Of a stretch of 64,000 bases of DNA, positions 59,774 to 64,000 are shown one piece after another; position 1 is the first letter of the stretch; every line of letters begins with the position of its first letter. The DNA lies in assembly GCA_046483985.1 (NCBI GenBank), contig JAWOCD010000099.1:1-64000 (forward strand), given 5' to 3'. The notes under the pieces are model-generated. The model searched no databases. It saw nothing but the letters and a program-made list of their open reading frames with translations, and was not told the origin of the DNA. The translations under genes were made by a program, and so were the position numbers. The DNA is from Promethearchaeia archaeon (GTDB taxonomy: Archaea; Asgardarchaeota; Lokiarchaeia; Sigyniarchaeales; SOKP01).

Positions 59774-60589
59774 TTAAAGTTTCATTTTTATGCCGTGTTC
59801 GATGCAATATTCTTTTACTTCACGGATAGAAAGCTCGCGGAAATGAAAGACTGATGCTGCTAAAGCGGCTGCGGCTTTTCCTTTGGTAAAGGCTTCTAAA
59901 ATATGTTGAGCTGTTCCTGCCCCACCAGACGCTGTTACTGGCAAACCCGTCGCCTCTGCAATCATTTCAGTCATTTCCAAATCGTAGCCCTTTTTAGTTC
60001 CGTCATAGGTTTTGGAGGTCGGTAAGACTTCTCCCGCTCCAAGTTCTGCCACTCTTTCAGCCCATTGTATGGCGTCCATCCCTGTTGATTTGGTTCCCCC
60101 GTGAGTTAATACATCAAACCAGCAATATTTATCATCAACTTCCACCAATGTTTTATCGGGCGCTTCTTCCTCTGAGCTGACATAGTTCCGTTTTCCGTCT
60201 ATTGCACTTACTAACCGCTCTGAACCATATTCCTTTGAGATTTCTGTTAAGAAGTCTGGATTTTGTACGCCCGCGCTGTTAACTGATATCTTATCAGCAC
60301 CTGCCTTTAGAATTGCCTCTGCATCCGCTATAGAGGAAATTCCACCACCGACAGTAAAGGGAATCGAAATACTTTCGGCAACTTTTTTGACTAAATCTGT
60401 AACTGTTTTTCTCTTCTCTACTGTTGCAGTGATATCTAAAAAGACTAACTCATCGGCCCCTTCTTTTTCATAATATTGCGCAAATTCCACCGGATCTCCA
60501 GCATCTTTAATATTTACAAATTTAACTCCCTTGACTACACGACCATCCTTTACATCGAGACAGGGGATAATTTTTTTATATTCGGTCAT
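59774..60589 (-). CDS. hisF: Imidazole glycerol phosphate synthase cyclase subunit
   Basis: IIPCLDVKDGRVVKGV, GADELVFLDITA, PFTVGGGI, DGTKKGYD, ASGGAG, ALAASVFH. Confidence 0.97.
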   Translation of the reverse strand: MTEYKKIIPCLDVKDGRVVKGVKFVNIKDAGDPVEFAQYYEKEGADELVFLDITATVEKRKTVTDLVKKVAESISIPFTVGGGISSIADAEAILKAGADKISVNSAGVQNPDFLTEISKEYGSERLVSAIDGKRNYVSSEEEAPDKTLVEVDDKYCWFDVLTHGGTKSTGMDAIQWAERVAELGAGEVLPTSKTYDGTKKGYDLEMTEMIAEATGLPVTASGGAGTAQHILEAFTKGKAAAALAASVFHFRELSIREVKEYCIEHGIKMKL

Positions 60590-60647
60590 ATCTCTTAATT
60601 CCTTCTATGTAAAATAAATAATGTATGATCCCATAAAATTTTAAACA

Positions 60648-60704
60648 TTGGACTACTCCCACCTAAAGACGTGAGATTCATATTCTCTAATGCGAGATCA
60701 TTAG
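60648..60704 (-). mobile_element. Orphan IS200/IS605 right end (same family as the 20964 element)
   Basis: Minus strand CTAATG..GCATTAGAGAATATGAATCTCACGTCTTTAGGTGGGAGTAGTCCAA versus GCATTAGAGGATATGAATCTCACGCCTTTAAGTGTGAGTAGTTCAA at 21187-21232. Confidence 0.8.
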
Positions 60705-60778
60705 GGATCATTACATTTCATTTAGACAATAAAAAAAGGAGGGTGGAAATAAGCGTGAGATTGATAAAAAATAAAAGT

Positions 60779-60982
60779 TCAAGGGAGATTCTTTTTTTTC
60801 CATTCTTCAATAAATTGACGGTAATCTGATTCAGAAATCCCAAGGGAATTTTTTGGATTTTTTCCATTAGGCGTATTCTTGTTCTCAACTAACCTAGTCT
60901 GAACCATGTTTTTTCGAGTTTCGTGCTTTCCTTTCTTTTTGAACCGTAATTCCCAATCATAATATGATACAGACTTTGACAT
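60779..60982 (-). CDS. Small hypothetical basic protein
   Basis: 67-aa ORF with an ATG start, in an otherwise non-coding gap downstream of polB2. Confidence 0.55.
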   Translation of the reverse strand: MSKSVSYYDWELRFKKKGKHETRKNMVQTRLVENKNTPNGKNPKNSLGISESDYRQFIEEWKKKNLP

Positions 60983-61087
60983 ATTAATAAGATAATATTT
61001 TTCAAAAATAAATTAAAAGGGGCTGTCGATTTTCTAAAATAATACCCAGGTGATATGATCAAATCTCATTTATGAACAAAAGAATTG

Positions 61088-63502
61088 CTATTCTAAATAT
61101 GAAGTAAGCGTTTTTTGTCGATTCTCTTTTTGTGAATAAGATTCAACTAAGTCATCAAGGCCCGGCACTTCAAAAGGAAAGACATTTTCAAAGGCTCTTT
61201 GGAGAAGTTCAACATATTTCTCTTTATCGTATTGATGGACGGTGTTGTCATATTGATGAGTGAGGATAACTTTTTTCTCTGGAAAGTCGGGATCCGCATC
61301 AGCGTTTAAAATAATATAATTTACCTTCTTTCCAGGTGTCATAACTTTTCCCGAATCCTCCGCTTGTTTGGCAGCAATGGCTTGATAGGTATTAACCTTA
61401 TATTGAGAGGGTTTTCGGGAAATACGCTGAGAAATCGAAAGTTCTTCCGCTGTTACATCTCCTTGTCGGATCTTTTGTACATAAGTACAAAAAAGTTCTT
61501 TCGCTCGGGAGATTCTCTCTCTAAATTCTTGAACCGATGTGACTCCCATAAAGATATCAAGCAATGTTCTCTGTGCCTCTTTTATGACGGAGGGGGTATC
61601 CCGACGTCGAATTTCAATTCCTCGAATTTTTTTCTCTCCATTTGGCTTAATTCCCCAATAATGGTTTAAGGTCGGGACATCGGGGTGGGCTTGTGAGGGA
61701 AGGAAAGTGATAACATTATATCTTCCATCCCAACTCATGGGAATATTAGTTTCTTCAGTAATTTCCTTAGCAATGGTTCTTGTAACTCGCTCAAATTCTT
61801 CGATAGATCTCCCTTGTATATCTTGAAGCCATAATGAATCAACGATGCCATGAATAATTTTACAGCCGTATGCCTTTGCAATTTCAGCAGACCGCATCAG
61901 AAACTCTCGTGCAAAGGCACATACAGCTTGATGCGCCTCGATCTTTCCAAAACGTGCATTTCGAAAACCTAAATATCCAAAACTGACGACAAGCACCCAT
62001 TTTAACGCACGGTCCGTGAATTCATACCGAGGGTCTCCCGTAGTTCGCACATATTTTTTACATCTTAACCGTTTGGTAAGGGGAAGGCGAATGGATTTTG
62101 AAATAATGCCTTCCCGTTTTGAACAAATATGAAAATCTAACCCTGGAACTTTTATCCCCGTGTTATCATCTTTGCAGCACTTACAATTGATGGTTTCTGA
62201 GGAGATGTTATAATTTGCCATAAGCGAAGGGTACATCGATGAAAAATCGAGTTCCACAACTTGATTAAATACCCCGATTTTGGGTTCAAAAATGTGTCCT
62301 CCCCTATCTCCCCGTATTAAGTCTGTTCCTGAGCGAAAGTCCTCTGGGCTTTTCTTAAAAGGGGGAATAAGGTGGTTCAATTTGTACGCATTCTGAAACT
62401 GAATGGATTGCAATGCACCGCCAATAGTGATCCGGCAAAGACGTTGAAGGGAAACACGGGAGATCCGGGCCACTTCAATCACACCAGGGATATTCCCATC
62501 ATGAAAATGAAGGCTCCCATATGAAGTGGTATCTAAGTGAAAACGACCGTTAAAGTAAACATGTGTCTTGGAACGGCGCCGAATAACCCCATAGGACATA
62601 TAATGATCAGACTCCCCTGAAAGATGAAAAATACAATTTCGCAAGGGGGTCTTATCCCGAGATAAGTATATCTCATTTGAAATACGGTTTGTCGAAGCAC
62701 GAGATGCCAGATAGGGAAAGATAAATTCATCTCCTCCTTGAGTAAGAATAATATCGGGATCCAACATCTCCACCACTTGCGCAATTTTTTTAAGATTCTC
62801 GATCTCATCGGCTTCATTAATAAGGATCGTCTTCTGTCTTTTCCCATCCGCTCGCGGCAGATCGTTTTCCTCATCCACGATGCCGACTTGTGCGTAACTT
62901 AAAGGTTCATTATAGTACGATTTTATATCATTATCTTGGACCTTTATTTCAAGCCAAATAGCTTTTAACGGAGGTAAATCATAGAATAATCGTTCGTTAT
63001 CGTCTTTTAACTCTAAGGAAATCAGTTGGAGAGCAGTAGAGTTATTAATCTTCGTTCGCGTGACTTTCACCGTAAAATGACCAAATGCCATCGGAAAGAG
63101 ATCATTGACATAAAAATACATCTGTGCAATAGGAAGATCCGTGTTGTACAGCGTAAATAAGTCCAGAGCGTTGATTTTCTTGATAATTTTCTTAAATTTT
63201 GTGGGATTTTTTACTGAAACACCACATACATCTGATTTTTGATGGTCTTCAAGGTCTACATATTTTTGACAAATTCTGATCGATTTTATATCTGGTTGTG
63301 AGGCGAGGATTGATTTGAGAGTTTTTAACCTTTTTCCCGTATTTTTCTTAGGGACGGCAAAAAACTCGGGGGAAAATTTATCGAAAACTTGGATTACTTT
63401 TTGACGTTTCTTTGTTTTGACCCACAAAATAACGCCATTATGACAAGTGGAAACATCCAACAGCCAGCCATCAAATTGCTTCTGATAAGCTCTATTTTTC
63501 AT
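61088..63502 (-). CDS. polB2: Family B DNA polymerase, PolB2 (Dpo2) type, degenerate proofreading domain
   Basis: DFSSMYPS, ALKWVLVVSFGYLGFRNARFGKIEAH, motif C HGIVDS, KIRGIEIRRRDTP. Exonuclease motifs are degenerate (WLEIKV, GGDEFIFP). Confidence 0.9.
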   Translation of the reverse strand: MKNRAYQKQFDGWLLDVSTCHNGVILWVKTKKRQKVIQVFDKFSPEFFAVPKKNTGKRLKTLKSILASQPDIKSIRICQKYVDLEDHQKSDVCGVSVKNPTKFKKIIKKINALDLFTLYNTDLPIAQMYFYVNDLFPMAFGHFTVKVTRTKINNSTALQLISLELKDDNERLFYDLPPLKAIWLEIKVQDNDIKSYYNEPLSYAQVGIVDEENDLPRADGKRQKTILINEADEIENLKKIAQVVEMLDPDIILTQGGDEFIFPYLASRASTNRISNEIYLSRDKTPLRNCIFHLSGESDHYMSYGVIRRRSKTHVYFNGRFHLDTTSYGSLHFHDGNIPGVIEVARISRVSLQRLCRITIGGALQSIQFQNAYKLNHLIPPFKKSPEDFRSGTDLIRGDRGGHIFEPKIGVFNQVVELDFSSMYPSLMANYNISSETINCKCCKDDNTGIKVPGLDFHICSKREGIISKSIRLPLTKRLRCKKYVRTTGDPRYEFTDRALKWVLVVSFGYLGFRNARFGKIEAHQAVCAFAREFLMRSAEIAKAYGCKIIHGIVDSLWLQDIQGRSIEEFERVTRTIAKEITEETNIPMSWDGRYNVITFLPSQAHPDVPTLNHYWGIKPNGEKKIRGIEIRRRDTPSVIKEAQRTLLDIFMGVTSVQEFRERISRAKELFCTYVQKIRQGDVTAEELSISQRISRKPSQYKVNTYQAIAAKQAEDSGKVMTPGKKVNYIILNADADPDFPEKKVILTHQYDNTVHQYDKEKYVELLQRAFENVFPFEVPGLDDLVESYSQKENRQKTLTSYLE

Positions 63503-63770
63503 TACCTTGTTCGAGTTTTGCTTCCAGTTTTTTTATTCTAGTTTCAAGCGAATTGATTTTCTTTTGTTGCTCTAACGCGAACGACATAAACAAAAAATCG
63601 GAAAGAATCGGTCGAGCGCTCATACTACCTGCGTCAGAATGAATTCGTGCAAAATTCATTAACTTATCAAAAACAGTCTGCAAGTCAGGACGAAGGGCTC
63701 GTTTGAAATCCTTCCAACTCTCAATCTCCTCTTCCAAAGCGGGTCGGAATGATGGAACCGTTCTACCCAT
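63492..63770 (-). CDS. PolB2-associated small helical protein (arCOG07300-like)
   Basis: MGRTVPSFR..LEEE...W..FKRALR....FD.L...AR.H pattern; overlaps the polB2 start by 11 nt. Confidence 0.8.
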   Translation of the reverse strand: MGRTVPSFRPALEEEIESWKDFKRALRPDLQTVFDKLMNFARIHSDAGSMSARPILSDFLFMSFALEQQKKINSLETRIKKLEAKLEQGNEK

Positions 63771-63920
63771 AATAGGTCACCATTATCGTGTTTATATGAG
63801 TAGTTCACCAAAAAATAAAAAGTGAGATACATCGACAATTTTCTAATTTTTCCACTTAAAGAAAAAAGTTAATTAGGAGGCGAGATTCTATAAATCCAAA
63901 TGGCTCGGAGGTATTGTTTT

Positions 63921-64000
63921 ATGAGTATATATATTAATGATCATGCTCCTTGCGGGATCTATTGCAAACGTTGTCCCGGAAAAAAGACATATAATTGTAA
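63921..64000 (+). CDS. Cys-rich DUF3795-like protein (3'-truncated by the window edge)
   Basis: GGAGG RBS followed by MSIYINDHAPCGIYCKRCPGKKTYNC..., matching A-P-CG-x-x-C-x-x-CP. Confidence 0.65.
   Translation, partial: MSIYINDHAPCGIYCKRCPGKKTYNC

Noticed and set aside
5024-62874. Numerous short antisense or overlapping ORFs in the track (e.g. 7914-8333, 17959-18375, 33215-33706, 35073-35531, 43433-43816)
   Set aside because: Shadow ORFs opposite well-supported genes, with Ser/Phe-rich composition mirroring Glu/Lys codons.
40837-63770. Two PolB genes as evidence for a casposon, pipolin or virus
   Set aside because: They are cellular PolB1 and PolB2 types among housekeeping genes; no cas1, capsid, terminal repeats or protein-primed features.
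63783-63808. TCGTGTTTATATGAGTAGTTCAC as a fifth IS200/IS605 right end
   Set aside because: It ends like a right end and has a weak hairpin, but the GAAG/GAAT guide is absent and the region overlaps the divergent promoter/RBS; too short to support.
1-64000. CRISPR array, rRNA, integrase or prophage (including an att site at the tRNA)
   Set aside because: No regularly spaced repeats, rRNA-like GC-rich blocks or integrase motifs were seen, and no duplicate of the tRNA 3' end was found by eye.
1-64000. Selenoprotein (UGA read-through) genes, expected in some Lokiarchaeia
   Set aside because: The TGA-terminated ORFs checked (cdhB, tldE, the 23945 hydrolase, the exonuclease) appear full length, and none belongs to a known selenoprotein family.

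Overview
AT-rich (about one-third GC by eye), gene-dense archaeal chromosome segment, most consistent with an Asgard archaeon (Lokiarchaeia/Promethearchaeota). This assignment is inferred from archaeal GlyRS, CdhB/CdhC/CooT, PolB1 plus a PolB2 cassette, tetraether synthase (Tes), many TPR, 7TM and ferredoxin-domain proteins, a degenerate small-GTPase-like domain, and a tRNA-Thr with a D-arm intron. The window holds about 45 CDS, mostly housekeeping, lipid and metabolic genes; no CRISPR array, rRNA or prophage is visible. The most unusual signal is non-coding: a set of transposase-less, TnpB-less IS200/IS605 mini-elements and end remnants (20964-21232, 31450-31511, 44049-44272, 60648-60704). 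Their ends follow the IS608 guide/cleavage code, including a compensatory AAAG/TTAC versus AAAA/TTAT change. The copy at 44049 keeps a TATA box and an apparently intact TnpB omegaRNA scaffold with its pseudoknot. All three right ends point into the leader of a co-oriented host gene, so they are candidate stand-alone guide-RNA cassettes. Other highlights are a P-loop-less Rab-like pseudo-GTPase fused to a Zn ribbon, a 2xHeH-SWIM-OB protein, a tes-small ORF-prenol kinase cluster, and PIP-box-bearing PolB1 and PolB2.
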